Assembly (NCBI GenBank): GCA_964016885.1
Contig: OZ024757.1
Location: forward strand, 27,838,001-27,902,000
DNA length: 64,000 bases
Direction of reading: 5' to 3'
Source: Eledone cirrhosa
Taxonomy: Eukaryota
Below the pieces are notes generated by a model. It saw nothing but the letters and a program-made list of their open reading frames with translations, did not search any database and was not told the DNA's origin. The position numbers and the translations under genes are program-made. This document shows, one piece after another, positions 24,508 through 40,314 of this stretch; within the stretch, counting starts at the first letter, position 1, and every line of letters begins with the position of its first letter.

Positions 24508-26683
24508 AACACAACTGAAGGTGGCATATTAGCAAAACTGTTAGGGTGTTGGGTATAACAAATGAAAGGAATATTAACGAGTCGGGCAAGTGGGATGCTT
24601 CGCAGTATCTATTCTGCCTCTGTGCATTCTAAGTTCAAATCCTGCCTTCTGTCACCAGAAAAGCCATGATGTTTCTGCCAGTTAGTATAGCTGGTAAATT
24701 GTATTGGTAATCGAAGTGTAGTCTGTATGGTCTGGTCTAATGATTGGCTCTTATCCTTTTATTGTAATTATTTAAGGTCTGTTTTCCATGCTTTTTGGGG
24801 TTGGTTGGGTTGTTACATTCTGTGGCTAGACTGGTCAGGTCATCATATCTGGCTACAGCTTGATGCCCTTCTTAACACCATATACATATGTATGTGTGTG
24901 TGTATAAACAAATCAAGCGGGGTTTAGAAGGCGGAGGCAATTGGAAATTGAAAATTTAATAGAATTAACAGCTTTCAGCATATTTTGTTTTATTACAGAA
25001 AATAGTTTAATAATGAGGTGTATAAGGCCCTGTTACAGAAATCACGGGTATCAGCATGTGTGAGAATTGAACATAACACCTCTTATTATATATATATATA
25101 TGGGTGTGTGTATAGGGAATGGCCATTTTCAAGTTTGCCAGTCGTCACTGAAAGTGTAGTTTCCTTGGTCCAATCTGATGATCGGCTTCTTTCTTTTTTG
25201 ATACAGTTGTCTACCTGTATCACGTGTAAATTGTACAAAATTGTAGGTGGGAAAAGCTTCCTTATTTGCCTGTTTGTACAATGTGGTAAATGTCAACATC
25301 AGATGTTCACATCCTGCTAAGAATTTCAACAGAACTTTGGTGCAAGGTCATAAATATACAGAGAGACAGTGCGGTATTTACACAAATTATAAAGCCATCT
25401 CAAATATACCTCTTAGACGATTTTTGTATTCTATTTTTTATTGTATCTTATTTTTTATTTTCTGTGTTATCTAATCCCACTCCACCACACTCTATTTTGT
25501 TGGTTTGTTTGTTATTAGATGGGATTTATGTGTATTTTTGTTTTAAATATTGCTTTATATATTTATATACATTTATATCCAACGTAAAATGGTGGTGATG
25601 ATGATGATCATCATCATATATCTTTATATATTATTTTTAGTTTTATTTTATTATTTATTTCATTTAATTTTCATTCTTTAATGCTGAATGGTTTCTATTA
25701 TTTGTCTTTCATGCTTCAAGTTATTTTTATAGTTGTATATAAACACCCACATTTAAGAAAGGGCAAATAGATTGTCGGGCTATGTCTCTGGAGTACTGGT
25801 ATTTGAGTGACAACGATTCAGTGTTCAAATTTGGTCTGTTTTCATTTTCTACAGTAGTTTCTGATTATACAATTGTAGTATATATTTATACACGTGTGTG
25901 TACAGTAGCTTTTGATAGTACAATTGTAGTCTATGTGTATGCACACAATCTCTGCATATATATGTGTATATAGGTGCGCTTTGTATGTGTGTATTTGTGC
26001 ATGATTGTGAAATACAATTGCAGTGTATGTATATATGGCACTCATGCAAATGTGTGTGTTTATGAAAGACGGTTGCTATGTATATGTGTGTGAAACATAT
26101 TACAATATATATGTGTGTGTTTATGAAATTCAGCTGCAATGTGTGTGTATGCATGTATGTCCATAAAATTATTGTGTGTGTGTGTTTGTGAAACACAATT
26201 GTTATATGTGTACATGCTACACATGTATGTATGTGTGCATGCTACATGTGTGTGTGTATGATTTTGTGAAACAATTGCAATGAATGTGTGCATGCCACAC
26301 CCATGCCTATGTGGTTGTATGTGCAAACCTATGAAACCCAATTTCAATGTATGTATGCATGCCCCATGCTTATGTATGTAGGTATATATTTATTTTTGAA
26401 ACACAACTGCAGTGTATGTGTGCATCCTGCATATGTGTTTGCGTATGTGTGTGGTGTTTAGTTCCTTTTACTTCATTTTAGTCACCATGGGTTTGGCCAT
26501 ACTGGAGCATGTGTGTATGTGTTTGTGTGTGGATGTATGTGTGTATATATATATATATACATACATACATATAACAGTCCTACATGAGCGAGACACGGTT
26601 ACCCGACCCAACATGCCTCAAGTGGGACAAACCCATCTAACCCATGCTAGCGTGGAAGATGGATGTTAAACGATGATGATGGT

Positions 26684-26758
<75 letters not shown>

Positions 26759-27649
26759 TTGCCATCAGGATTCTATATAAGCAAAGACCTTGTTTAATAA
26801 AATGTCATACCCCAGAACAAAGTTTATTTCTCTGAGGTGGGGAAGGGTGATGTGATATGATCAGTTTAAGATGTTGGTAATGGGGTTGGTAGAGGAGGGG
26901 CTTGATCTTACCACTGATACAGAGTGTACATGATTTGTGTGTGTGTGTCTCTCTCTCTGGGGTGGTAGTGGTTGGTTTGTTTGTGTGGTTGTGAGAGTAT
27001 ATATATAGGGTGGTGTGCTTGTGTGTGTTGGTAGAGTGGGAGTGTGTTTGTGGGGTGGTGTGTATGTGTGTGTTTATGGGATGGTATGAGTGTGTTTGTG
27101 AGGTGGGCGTGTGTGTGTTTGTGCAGCAATGTATTTGTGTATATGAAGTAGTGCGTGTGTGAGTTTGTGGAGTGGAGTGTTAGTGGATGGTGGGTAATTG
27201 GGTTGTGGGTTGGTGTACGTGGGGAGGAAAGTGTGTGCTTGTGGGTGGTATGTGTCTGTTTATGAGGTTGTGTTTATGTGAGAACTGGTGTATCTGTGTA
27301 TGTGTGTGAGAGAGAGAATGATAGAGACGGAGAGAAAGAGACGATGTGTGTGTATATTTGTGGTTTGGTGTGTTTGTATGTGTGTTTGATATCTATATTT
27401 GGAGAACAGCTGTTATCTGTTGCTACACAAGCTTACATCTGTAAACGACAGGGGAGCAGGTGAGGGGTGGGGAGCAACGTTAGTTAAGGGATTTCTATAT
27501 TTTAAATCCCTATGTAGTTTACTTCCAGCAAACTAGACAGACCCCTATCTCTGAAATTCAATCAACCCACAATTTAATCATGTCAAACACGAACACACAT
27601 TTCTGGGTGAAAGGGTAAACTGAATCAAGCTCTTTACCTCCTTGACAAA

Positions 27650-28105
27650 ATAATAATAATAATGATTTCTTCATTAGCTACATAGGGCTCACATTAAGGA
27701 GACATAAAAGACAGTACAGGACGATGTTTTTTGTGTTAAATAGAATTTATAACAGATTAAGAAAATAAACATTTAAAAAAACAAACATAACAAATTCCCC
27801 AAAGGTGAGGAAACTCCAAGGGTTACTCGTGGAGAAAGCCCACAAAACCCACAGTCACCCTGGCTGCTAGGGAAGCGCCTTCTCCCAGTTGTCCTCCCTC
27901 AATACTACAGGCATGTGCTCATGGTAGGCCCATTCACACAAGCCATTCTTGCCTCTCTCACCCACCTTTCAACAAACTGGCTGGAAAGCAGCACTTCCCT
28001 CTCCAACCTGATTTTCTTTTTCTGGTGAAACCTGAAAAAGTCAATGAGAGCATCGCCGAAGAGGCAAGTGCTGGTTTTCAACCCTGTTTGATGCATCCAC
28101 CATAC
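27650..28105 (-). mobile_element. L1/Tx1-like LINE 3' fragment
   Basis: Minus-strand ORF ...DALIDFFRFHQKKKIRLEREVLLSSQFVERWVREARMA... resembles L1/Tx1 ORF2 C-termini. It is followed by a T-rich UTR and an (ATT)n tail. Confidence 0.6.
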
Positions 28106-30133
28106 AATTTTTTTTCAATATGGCCAATAATAAATATTATCAAAAAATAGAAGCTTTACCAAGGCTCACACAGCTGTACACTGTCCAAAATCTAACTCTG
28201 TTACAAACAGCTCATATCCTGCACAAGACAACATTGATTCAATAGCACAACTCAAATAGAATGCTCTTCACACACAACACACCATGTATAATAAGCACCT
28301 AATAAAATAACACAACTCACATCACACATACCACACACAACAGATCAAACACTAAAGCAATTGAAGGAAGACACATGGAAGAGCATTCAGTAGAAACTCT
28401 ACCCCACAAAATAGAGCAACAGAGCATATTAAACGAGACAAAGTCTCCTGGCCCTTCTGAGGGGCTAGTAGCTTTCATTAAGTACTGGTTTCATTAGTAT
28501 TGACTTGTCCAACCAATGCCAATGTGGAAAAAAATTAAGGGTTTCTAATTTTGGCACTACTTGACTGGTACTTTATTTTATTGACCTTATAAAGAAGTAA
28601 AATGATAATGGTGGTAAGATTGCTTGAATACTTGACCTGTCCAACCCATGCCATCATGAACAAAAATGAATGCTAAATGATAATAATAGTAAAATTAATT
28701 TGATATTCAACCTGTCCAACACATGCCAGTGTGGGGGAAAAAATTGATTTCTAGTTATAGCACAAAGCCAACAATTTGAGTGTAGAAGGGAAAGTTAACT
28801 ATATCGACCCCAGTACTTGACTGGTACTTTATTTTATCGACCTCAGAAGAACATAAAATAATGATGATGATAAGAGGACTTAATACTCATTAACCACATC
28901 CCTGCCCTATTCTTGATATCTAATTTTAACCTTCTACATTTCAAGATCATTTGACCTTTTCACTGCTCATGCTAGTATACCCACACCCTCTTATTAAACA
29001 TCATTAGTCGAGTGAATGTTCTGAGCCTTTGCTTGGTTTTTATTGTTGTTTGGATTTCATATGTAAATTACTGTTGGATATTGTGAGAATCTATTCTTTC
29101 TAATTCAAGCATTTACTTAATTTCACACCAAGGTTTGCTGGGAATAAGTTTAATTACTATTGTACAGGAATAATTGCTGTCTTTTTATTCCAAGAGGGTA
29201 TTTTTCTGAGCCATTGTACTGTCACACATACCAACTGTAATGTATGATTGGTTGGTTAACTTTGTATCTGTTAGTAGTTGGTAATAGCCAAACAAAGCAG
29301 GACTACTAACTGTAACTGTTGAACATATATCCTTCTGGTCATAACGGCATCAAAAATGAATGTTAAATCAAAAAAAAAAGGTATTCATGCTATCTTTAAT
29401 ATTGATGTTGTTGTTATTTCATTCTCATATCCAACAGATCTATAGTCAAAGATCTTTCAAACATGATTATTCCATCTTTTTGTCAGTCACAGGGTTATAG
29501 TACTGCATTTTGAATATCCTTCAGTGTTGAGGGAGAAATTTGGGTGTTTTTTCTAGCAGTTCAAACAACCATGTAGAGCTTCCCGTGTTGGTTTTATCTT
29601 TAGTAGAGATGATTGCTAATAATTCAATTTTTGCAATTTACTTACCCTCCTGTCTGAAACTGCTCCTGGTAGTGTGATACAAAACTGTTAATTTTAAAGA
29701 GTTCATAATTGCATCATAATTTTATGTAAGAATGTTTTCGTATGATCCAAACATCAGTTTAATAATGTAAAAATGTGAGCTATTTTATTAAATCTATCCA
29801 TACTTTTGATTTTCAAAATTAATTGAAAGAAATAAGCAGAGAATGTCCTTAGAAATATGGTAACAAAAAGGTTAAATTTTCTATAGTTTACAGTAAGAAA
29901 GCTAATACATTTTATATATAAAACCACAAAATATGTTTCCTATCTAAATAGAGAGAGTTTACCCCTAAATTCCTTTTCAGTGAGATTAACTTTGTTGATA
30001 CCAACATGCCTCAGATTGTTTCTAATTCTATGAAATAAAACAATACTTTTTTAGAATGTTCATATTTATGTCCCTAACAGCAGCTTAATAACAACTAAAT
30101 TACTTATTTTACTAAATCTTTCAAAATTCTTAA

Positions 30134-30232
30134 TTCTTCTTCTTCGCCCACTTATTCCTGGGAGGGTCGTGGGGGAAGACTCTTCAAGCATGCCTTCCAG
30201 CGCATCCTGTCAGAAGCAATCCTCTCCAATTG
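30134..30232 (-). mobile_element. 3' end of a second RTE-type family with a (GAA)n tail
   Basis: Minus strand LERIASDRMRWKACLKSLPPRPSQE*. Homologous to the end of 61654-61975. Confidence 0.7.
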
Positions 30233-31194
30233 TAGAGAGAGAAAGAGTCATATATCATTTGAGAAACACATACTATTTTGTGTGTGTGTATATATATATA
30301 GTAAGATGATTAGAACTGTTTCATTTGTTTGAAACAGTTTCTATTTGTGTAAAAGTCATTTCTATATGAAATAAATATCTATCTTCTCTTCTAAGTTTTG
30401 AGTACCTTATTCAACTGTGGTTCCCTTCTATTCAAACAAAACACTTTTTTTTTTATGAATAACTAAATCAAGGTGGTGCCCCAGCATGTCCACAATCTAC
30501 TGACTGAAACAAGTAAAAGAAACATTAAAAGAATCTCGAAACCATGTGTTGTTTAGTGCAGCAACTCTAAGCTTACCATTAAAAAACAAATAAACAGAAT
30601 TTTTTTTTTTCTGACTGCTTTGATCACTTGCAGAGGGAAGGCTGTGTTGTGTGGTGTTTAACAAATGAGGGGGAATTAAGATCAAGGAAAGTGCATTAAA
30701 TGCTAACTATTAAGTGCACTAGTTTTCTTTTTCATTTTCATTTTTCTTTTTAAACATTTTGTTACTGTATGATAGCAGCAAATTGCCAGTTGGATAGAAT
30801 GCTTCACAATATTTGTTCTAGGTCTCTTCACTCCCTGAGTTCAAATCCTGCCAAAGTCAACTTTGCCTTTCATCCATTTGAGGGTCAGTAAATAAGATAC
30901 CAGTTAAGTACTGGGGTCAATTTGTCCTCTACATCTTTTTCTCACTTCTCTGGAAGGAATTGACTATATTCCGACTTGAAGAGAAGATGGGCTCTGCTAG
31001 GTCTAAAATGCCCTAGACATGCCCTCCACCAGAAGTTACCATATTCCTAATGAAATGTCATCTATTTGAATTAATTAATTAAAAATTTTTAAGAATTTAC
31101 TAAACTTTTAAATTATTTCATTATTAAGATGATCTAGTGTTGATTGATATTGGCAGAATTGTTAGTACTTCGGATGAAATACATTGCAGTATTT

Positions 31195-31361
31195 CAGGGT
31201 TCCCCACATTTTTTCAAACACAGATCCCTTTTTGGTTCAGAAATTTTTTGAGGAACCCCAAAATCTAATACTGTTATATGGTCGTAATATAAATATACTC
31301 CTCTACTTTTTTTCGCGGAACCCCAGACACTCCTTTGCTGAACCCACTTTTGGAACCACTG
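31195..31361. mobile_element. hAT-type MITE inserted into an older SINE
   Basis: Ends cagggttcccca / ttggaaccactg with an exact 8-bp TSD cagtattt (31187-31194 and 31362-31369). Confidence 0.85.
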
Positions 31362-32677
31362 CAGTATTTCATTACGGCTTGTTACATTCTGGTTTCAAAT
31401 TCTGTTACGGTCGACTTTGCCTTTCAATCTTCTACGGTCAATTAAATGAAATACTAGTCAACTACTGGGTTGATTTAATTGGCTACCCACTCCTGGCTTT
31501 GTGCCTAAATTAGGAAACATTATTATTCTGGATTTGCAGTATCAGTAGAGTGTTGGACCAAATGCTTTAAATCCCTCCCAGGTTAGGTTTGCCTTTCGTC
31601 CTTATGGGGTTATTAAAATAAAGTAGCGGTAGTGCACAGGGTTCGATTTAATCAACTTTCTCCTTGCCCAAAATTGTTGGCTTTGTGCCTCAATCAGAAA
31701 CCATTATTATTATTATTAAAACTAAAGAAATCATTATTATTATTATAATTCATTTCGTTTTAATATTTTCTTGTAAAGTTATTAGAATTATCAATATCCT
31801 TGAAAGTTTAGTCATCTGTGAAAAGAGAGAGCTGGACCTTAGGTGAAGGAGGAGGGTAATGCATGGTGGGAGTGCTGGTAAATCATCATCGACAACAAAC
31901 AGAATGCTGATTTGAAAGCCATGTGTGGCTTTTTATGATAACAAATTTGGGAGAAATTATGTTTACATTGACTTTGCTTGTTAATATAGATATTATGTTT
32001 CCTTTTAGCAGATGGAAATTAGATAAGAAGGGTGGAGCCCTTGAGGGTGGGGCCATATGACTATGAGGTCTTGGAGAAAATGTTGGAACCCCAGCAACTG
32101 CAATATAGTAGTACCTTTTTCATGTGCTTTTATTTCTGTATGATATACATGGGAGGAAGAGATCTATATTTCATACAGGAATCATTGAAAAGTAACCAAA
32201 AATAATTATGTTCTAAAGCTAGGAGAAGAGTATTATTAATCATGAACTAATATTTAAATTATTTAAAGCAATTATGGGAGGCAACTCCATGCATATTTCA
32301 GCCTTATTATGATCTCATCAACGACACATAGACTTCACTGTTCCTTCCAAAGAAGTGTTTTGGAATATCAGTCATTAGATCATCCTTTCGAGCTCAATAA
32401 AAAAAATACCAGTTCAGTACTTGTCGATTCTTTTTCTATATCATATCTCTTTCTCATGTTCTCACTATTACGCTCTCTCTCTCTGGAAGAAATTGGCAGT
32501 GTTCAAACCTGGAGAGGCGATGGGCTCCACCAGGTTTAAAATGTCAAAGACACCATATGTCACTATGGCATCCCTAAGACTTTATGTATACACACACACA
32601 CATACATACATTAAGGAAAACAAAGTTTCATTTACATGCATCGAGTGCTTATTTTGGTACCACCACCAGTAAATATA

Positions 32678-32727
<50 letters not shown>

Positions 32728-32750
32728 TATATATATATATATATATGTAC

Positions 32751-32781
<31 letters not shown>

Positions 32782-32883
32782 CATATATATATACATATCT
32801 ATATATACATATATATATATAGATATATATATACATATATATATATAGTCTTCCAAACCGATGCAAGCGTGGAACATGGACGT

Positions 32884-32987
<104 letters not shown>

Positions 32988-32994
32988 CATATAT

Positions 32995-33382
32995 GGTGGC
33001 TGGCCACTACTTTATATCCATGTAGGAGAACCCCTACCGATGCGCTGAACGAGTGTGACTTTTTAGTCCAGCCAGCGACTTAAAAACTCTGGTACAAACA
33101 CTACACTTGTGACAATTATTGACACATAGTGCTGGGCCCATGGTACCAGATATAAAGCAATGCCTGTACCGTGAAGCTTTTATAGTGAGCAAAGGCACTG
33201 CACAAAGCCAGTCCCACTCTCTTAACCAAGATGATATTTACCAAAAAGAAGAACAAGTCAACATCATTTGATACCATCAGGGTTGCAGGTGTTATATCAG
33301 AGTTTTCCTTCTCATAGAATTCTGCCTTGACGAAGGCTAAGGGGTCATCTCTCCCGGTGATTTTGGATGGCCATTGACTCTT
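32995..33382. mobile_element. Unclassified dispersed repeat embedded in (TA)n, copy 2
   Basis: Matches 10989-11424 apart from two short internal deletions and scattered substitutions. Confidence 0.85.
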
Positions 33383-33426
33383 ATATATACATATATATAC
33401 ATATATATACATATACATATATATAC

Positions 33427-33551
<125 letters not shown>

Positions 33552-35171
33552 TACACCTGCACACACATGATGGGGTTATGCACAATTTTTATCTACCAAA
33601 TTTCATGCACAAAGCATTGGTCAACTTGGAGCTCTAGTAGAAGACACTTGCCCTTGGTGCCAGACAGAAGAGAACTCCTTAACCATACTATTATCTCTGC
33701 ACCAACATTTCTTCTTCTCTCTTTTTCTTTTTGTCTAGTAGATCAAGTGATTTGAGAGATTCCCTTTTCGTTGTTTCTTTAAATAGTTCATCTTCTTTTC
33801 TTTTGCCTTTTTGCTTTTGTACATATTCAGCACAGGCATTCAATCACCAACACCCTTTTGCTAGCAAGGAAATTAAATAAAAAACAACAAATTGATGACG
33901 AGGTGAGGTGGGAGAATGGGAGTTTGGTGGTGAGGGGTATTTCAAGAAACACCACCCTCCCATATCGACACACATTTTGTTTTTAATTGTTTTTTATTTT
34001 TGAAACAGGAATTGCACACTTGCCTGTTGGTCTCCACTTCCTCCCCCACCCCACCCCTACCGCCACCACTTCCTCCCCACCATCACCTCCCCCATCGCCA
34101 CCACCAATGTTTCTGACGTTGTAAACATAACCAAATTCTGTCTAATTGGCTGCCATCCTTCTTGGTCTTCTTAAGATGCAGAAGAATTATTATTTTCTTT
34201 TTCCTGTTATTTTTTTTTTAATTCCTGAAAAACAGTATCAAATTTAATTTTTTCTCTTTCCTTACTTCCACCCTATTCTCTGTTTCCTTCCTACCCTCCA
34301 TCACCACTCCCTATTTCACTACCACACCCCTTCTCCCTTGCTCCCCCCACTACATTCCAACCTCTCTCTCCATCCCACTCTACAGTACCACTCCCACTTT
34401 CACTACCATATTCCCCTTCATACTCTCTCTCAGTCATCAGTCTCTTTAGCAACCACACCCCCCTCACTTATGCTCCTTCCCACACACCCCACTATCTCAC
34501 CAGCCATGCTACCTCTCTCATTTTCTCTCCCACCCTCTCTCTATATATATCACTCTTTTACTACAACTTTCGTTACCCTCCCCCCATACACACACTCTGC
34601 CCCTGACACCACCCTCTCTCCTTCCCATCCTGCATCACCACTCCCACCTCTCCTCTATCATTCTCCCCTCTATTACACAAACAAATACAGTTATGACCAA
34701 TGTCTGTTCATTGTTAATAATGTAAAAATAACTTTACACATGAGTACGCATGTACACACACACACACACTCTCTCTCCATCATTGAAGATAGAAGATGCA
34801 CCTTAATCATATATGATGAGAGTAATAAAAGATAAAATGAGCCAAGGGAAATAATTCAAATGGGGCAAGGACAGGAATTTGGGCAATTAAGAGAGAAGGA
34901 TTGATGTATTTAGGGCCGTATGTCAAATTCTTAATTAATTGAAATTTTCTTTTAGTCTTTTATTTATTCATTTAAAAAAAGTTTTTTTTACATGGTTTCA
35001 ATAATTAGGCTGTGGTCATGCTTGGGTAATATTTCGATGGGATTTAGTTGATCATATTGACCCCAGATCTTGTTTTTCAAGTCTGTCTGGTACTTATTTT
35101 ATGAATCATTTTTTTTTTTTGTTGATCCACTAGGTTATGAGACATAAATGCAACAAAAGATACAGACACTG

Positions 35172-35248
<77 letters not shown>

Positions 35249-36544
35249 ACAGGCTTCTGCAATTTCCTTCTACCAAATTTCACAGACAGGTCTATAATAG
35301 AAGACACTTGCCTAAGGCATCAATTTGCTGTCATACTACAATTATATTAGCTATCTACTGGTTTTTAAAAAAAATGTATGACAAGATTTTAAAGAGGATT
35401 AACATACATATTCCTAGAATAGATTAAAATATAGCCTGCTGTTGTATGCATCACTATTGTTATCACTAGTAGTAAATCTATAAGCCATGTTCCATAAAAT
35501 TTTGCAGATTAGAATTAATATATTATTGAGTAAGTGCTTTCCTTTATTTTGTCTTCTTTGCTCTTCTATTTAATAATAATTGTTTCTACTTTTGGGCACA
35601 AGGTCAGCAATAATCCCAGTGCATTACTGGTACTTTATTTTATCAACCCCATAAATGGTTTCTGATTTAGGCACAAGACCAGCAATTTGAAGGGATGGGG
35701 AAAGTTGATTAAATCAGCCCCAGTGTAGTACCGATACTCCACTAGGGTTGATTCAACCCTTTAGCATTTAAACCGGCCATATCCATCCAGAACTCTCTCA
35801 CCTCTTTATGTTCAAACCAGCTTTGACCGGCCGCTTATACCTACATTAAGGTATTGTTCTCAAAATAAATAACATCAAAATCTTGTAGATTCGATATTAC
35901 ATGAGTTAATTATGTAAGATAAAGCATTTACTGTGAAAATACAATTGTAAATATAGAATAATGTAAATACTAAAGGGTTAATAATAATAATTTAAAAAAT
36001 TATTGCCCTTTATCTAGATTCTTTTAAAAATGCTGATATATTCTCTCTGAGTGCCATGTATGTAGTATGAAATGAAATCACTTTTGATTTTTGTAGTGAG
36101 TCAGTAGTTCTGGTGGTATTTATATTCTGAGAACTAAAATACTGATACTGTTGAAACTATTGATTTAATTTTGATGATTCATAAAATCTCATCTGAATAA
36201 ATATATGCTTTTCCATTTGATTCTCAATCAAAAATGTTCTTTATTTATTACCTTACACAGCTTCATATGAGGCAAAATGGCAATTGCCAGCAAATCTCAG
36301 TTCTCTCTTTTGCGCAATATCAGAAATTTTTATTAGAGTTTATATGTACAAAATCTTTAATTCACAGTTGTATAAAACTATAATAATATAATGCTTACAG
36401 AACAAAAACACAAAATCAAATGATATATATATATATCATATATAAACGCATAAAACAGAGATAAAAAACCCCATAAAAAATGACAAAAAAAAAGGGGGGG
36501 GGGGGGCAATTCACCACCAAGTGCGACAATCGGCTACACATCAC

Positions 36545-36865
36545 ATCTTAGGAGCTAACTAAATACTGTGAGGCAAGCCAATACGCTTACAGCATTGCCA
36601 CAGGTGATGGCGAGGCTAAGGCACTGAAACAACCAACCATCCTCACGGGCATCGCCTGACACCTCAGAATGGCGAACCACTGGCGATAACAAAAAATTTG
36701 CTGTCAGTGGCTAAACTCCACCAAATGTCTTGAACACCACAGGCTAGAAAAAAATAATTACTGGATAATTCCAGGTATTTTTTCAGAATCTTATTCCATT
36801 TGGAAACGGAAGCAGTGACCCCCACATTTACTGTGGCGTCCATGATGTGGGAGGGATCAAAAGAG
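36545..36865 (-). mobile_element. Degenerate CRE-like (RLE-type) non-LTR retrotransposon 3' fragment
   Basis: Minus strand includes FQCLSLAITCGNAVSVLA, matching the QRLSLAIxRGNA C-terminal motif of RLE elements. Confidence 0.65.
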
Positions 36866-36869
36866 TCAC

Positions 36870-37010
36870 TGACTCTTATATGTCCTCCTGCTTATGTTTT
36901 GGGCATGACAAATCAAGAGTGTATATAACTTTTGTAGTTTGATAGTAGGTGTCCAAGTTTCTCTATCATAAAGTAAGATTGATTGTTTTGTAACTTGGAA
37001 GTGTCTTAGC
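36870..37010 (-). mobile_element. Degenerate RTE LINE fragment
   Basis: SILLYDRETWT...YTLLICHAQNIS resembles the RTE motif LLYGSETWT...YTRLLR...NISW. Confidence 0.55.
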
Positions 37011-40000
37011 CAGAAACTGCAGTGATGTTCAGAATCTATGCAGTGCATTGGTATTGATGTTCAGGATATATGCAGTGCATAATGAAAGTTTGATTTTATT
37101 TATGAAATATATCATGTAAATACAGTTTAATAGAAAATTTAACATAAGAAGAAAGAATAGAATGTAAAATAGGAAAAAAACCTGGGAAAGGGATGGAATG
37201 GTAAGGATTCTAGTGTCACAGAAGAATAGCAAGGATGCTTGGGCTCTGGGCCAGAGCATGGCAGTATTGATGTTTAGGATCTTGGCAATGCATTGAGCGA
37301 CAGACCTAAATGGAGATCTACTGTTGAATCTATTTCGGCTGAAGCCACAAGATGATGATGATGATGATGATTATTTTATTGTCATTTATATATAGTTTAG
37401 AGTCAACAAGCCACTGCCATTTTGTATAAAAGATTTGATTAAGCAAACCTTCTTCATATTTCTTTCAGCCATTTTGTATCGAGAAGTATGGTCGAATGCT
37501 CTTCTTGATGCTGCCAACATTCACTTGTTATCTTTTATTTTTTGTGGAGTTAGGCATGGATCTTCACATATTTAACCACAGAACAGCAAAACCTCTTCTT
37601 TATGCAGGATATAAACCAATATCCCCACCTACAACATTGAATATTAAGAGGAGACAAACTTACATAAATGGGCACATGTGCACATGCATATGCAGGCACA
37701 CACACATTTAAATAGATGATAATTTTAACCCTTTAGTAATTAAACCAGCCAGAATCCTTGTTCTGTTCAAATTGGCTGTAACGAGTCACTCATACTGATG
37801 TTAAGGTATTGTTCTCAAAATAAATGATATCAAAATCTCACAGATTCGATATTATGGGTGATATTATGTGAGATAAAGTGTTTACCATAAAAATACAATA
37901 GTATATATAGAGTAATGTAAATGCTAAAGGGTTAAGCAAAGAACCTATACTTTCTTATACACAGATCTCAGAAACTAAGAGAATTTAAAATTTGTAGAGG
38001 TAGATATGATAATTTTAAAATACTACAAGCTTCTTTTACAGTTTCCATCTATGAAATTGACCAACAAATCAGTCTGAACTAATAGAAGATACTTGCCCAA
38101 AATGTCTTGCAGTCTGATAGAACCCAAGAACTGTGTGGTTGTGAAGTAAACTTCTTAACTTCACAGCCATACTTGTAGCTCTCATATTCCATTATCAGAA
38201 CGAAAACCAATTATTGAAACAAAATTGTTTTCATTTATTTGAAGACATTTCACAAGTTTATTTTTTTCCTATTTTACAAATAAACAAGTATTATTAGAAA
38301 ATATCTTAAAATATCAAGTAGTTCGTGAAAATGCCTTTGCACACACACACACACATACATACATATATGTATATACTGCTCCCACCTCTTGACTTTTCAA
38401 AAGTGGTCAAGAAAAATCATAATTTAAATAAAAATTTCAATAGTTGACATTTAAACAGAATTTATTTGTTGATTGGCAGATTTGTTAGAGTGGCAAATAG
38501 AATCATTATTGTCATCATCATCATCATCACCACCATTTTACATCTATTTGCAACACGTTTATGAGTTAGACAGGTCATCATGCTCTGGAGGTAGCTATGC
38601 AGATCAGAGGGTTGTGTTTTGACATGTTTTTTGGTGGGGTAGATATATTTAGAGTGTATACCAGGCCTGTTTTGTCATGGTACCACTGCTGTTACTTGTC
38701 AGGGTAGACTTGTTGAATCTATTGTAATATTTTGTTTTGCATTAGGATGGTGGGTTGTCAGAATGTTGGTGTTGGATAAATGCTCTACATTATTTGTTTT
38801 GGCCCACTTCATTCTCCTGGGACTTGATAAAATGAAGTATTAGTGATGTAGTAGGGTTGATTTCACCAACTTTCCCCATTCACAAAATTGCTGACCTTGT
38901 ACCTAAATTTAAAAAATCAATATTTGTTCCAACTCACTCTACTGCGAGCTCAATTCTCCTCTGATTTTTATCCTCTCTATGTTGATAAAATATCTCCTGT
39001 GATTTTTATCCTCTCTATGTTGATAAAATACAACTTTGAGGGGGTTTAGTCAATTCTATTGACCCACTACTGAATTTTTCAAGACTAGTTCTTATTTTAT
39101 ATAGATCTCATTTTGTCAAACTGCTAACTTAACCCTTTAGCATTTAAACCAGCCATATCCAATCAGAATTCTCTCACCTCTTTCTGTTCAAACTGGCCAT
39201 AACTGGTTCCCCACACCAACTTTAAAGTATTGTTCTCAAAATAAATAATATCAAAATCTCATAGGTTCGATATTATGTGAGATAATTATATGATAATTAT
39301 GTCTAGGATGCCACATAGTTGGACTGAAACGAATACCATGTGGTTGTGAAACAAACCCCTTAACTGTACAGCTATGCTTAAAAAAATCTAACATTAAATG
39401 CAGCACACAATGTATAGAGAGCTGTGTCTATCAAACTGGAGATACGTGACTCATTTACACACAGAAGTAAATAATAGTAGTTATAATAATTGTTATAATT
39501 ATTGTTATTAGAGTAAGTGTTTGTTCAATTGAGAGAATGTTCTTAACAAGTGGCACCATATTTATTTTATGTACTATTTGGACAATGGCCAAAACCCAGA
39601 TTTTATTTTTGTGGTCAATAACAATGATTGTTGTTGTATTTTTTAGCCATCATGGAGTGTAAATAATAAACTGCAAAGTTACATTAACCCATTTAGATTT
39701 ATTCTTTTATTCTTTTACTGGTTTCAGTCATTAGATTGCAGTCATTCTGGAGAACCACCATGAATGGATTTAGTCATATATTGACCCCAGTATTTATTAT
39801 TTTCAAATCTGGTACTTGTTTAGCAATCTTTTTTTTTTATATTTATATAATATATATATCATCGTTTAACGTCCATTTTTCGACACTAACATATATATAT
39901 CTTTCCCACTTTCCATATAAAGTGTGAAACTAATAAGACTTTTTGTACCTGTTTGTTGTCTCCTTGAACTATATATATATTATTATTATAACACTCAAGA

Positions 40001-40314
40001 TAACAATGCTCTATGACTTAAGCTTGACTTTAGGGCATATCTATCTTATAATATCTACACTCTACTTTCCTAAGAGTCAGGAGGAGTTTCCAACTGTACC
40101 ATAGACATGATATCCTTCCTATTGTTTGTGCCATGATAAAATGCACATGTAGAGCATGGGATTGTATGTTGGGCACCTGACCTATCTGGTTATCAGAGGC
40201 TCTGCTTGAGTACTGGCAAGTCTATGACAACATGTCAAACCTTTGCTAGCAGGAAAAACAGACATTAAACAGTGATGATTATATATTTGTGGGTAGGTGG
40301 CTAAATTGGTAGAG

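Noticed and set aside
34338-34835. 165-aa P/S/L/H-rich ORF (also 46022-46501)
   Set aside because: Low-complexity C/T-rich tracts with no domain or splice support.
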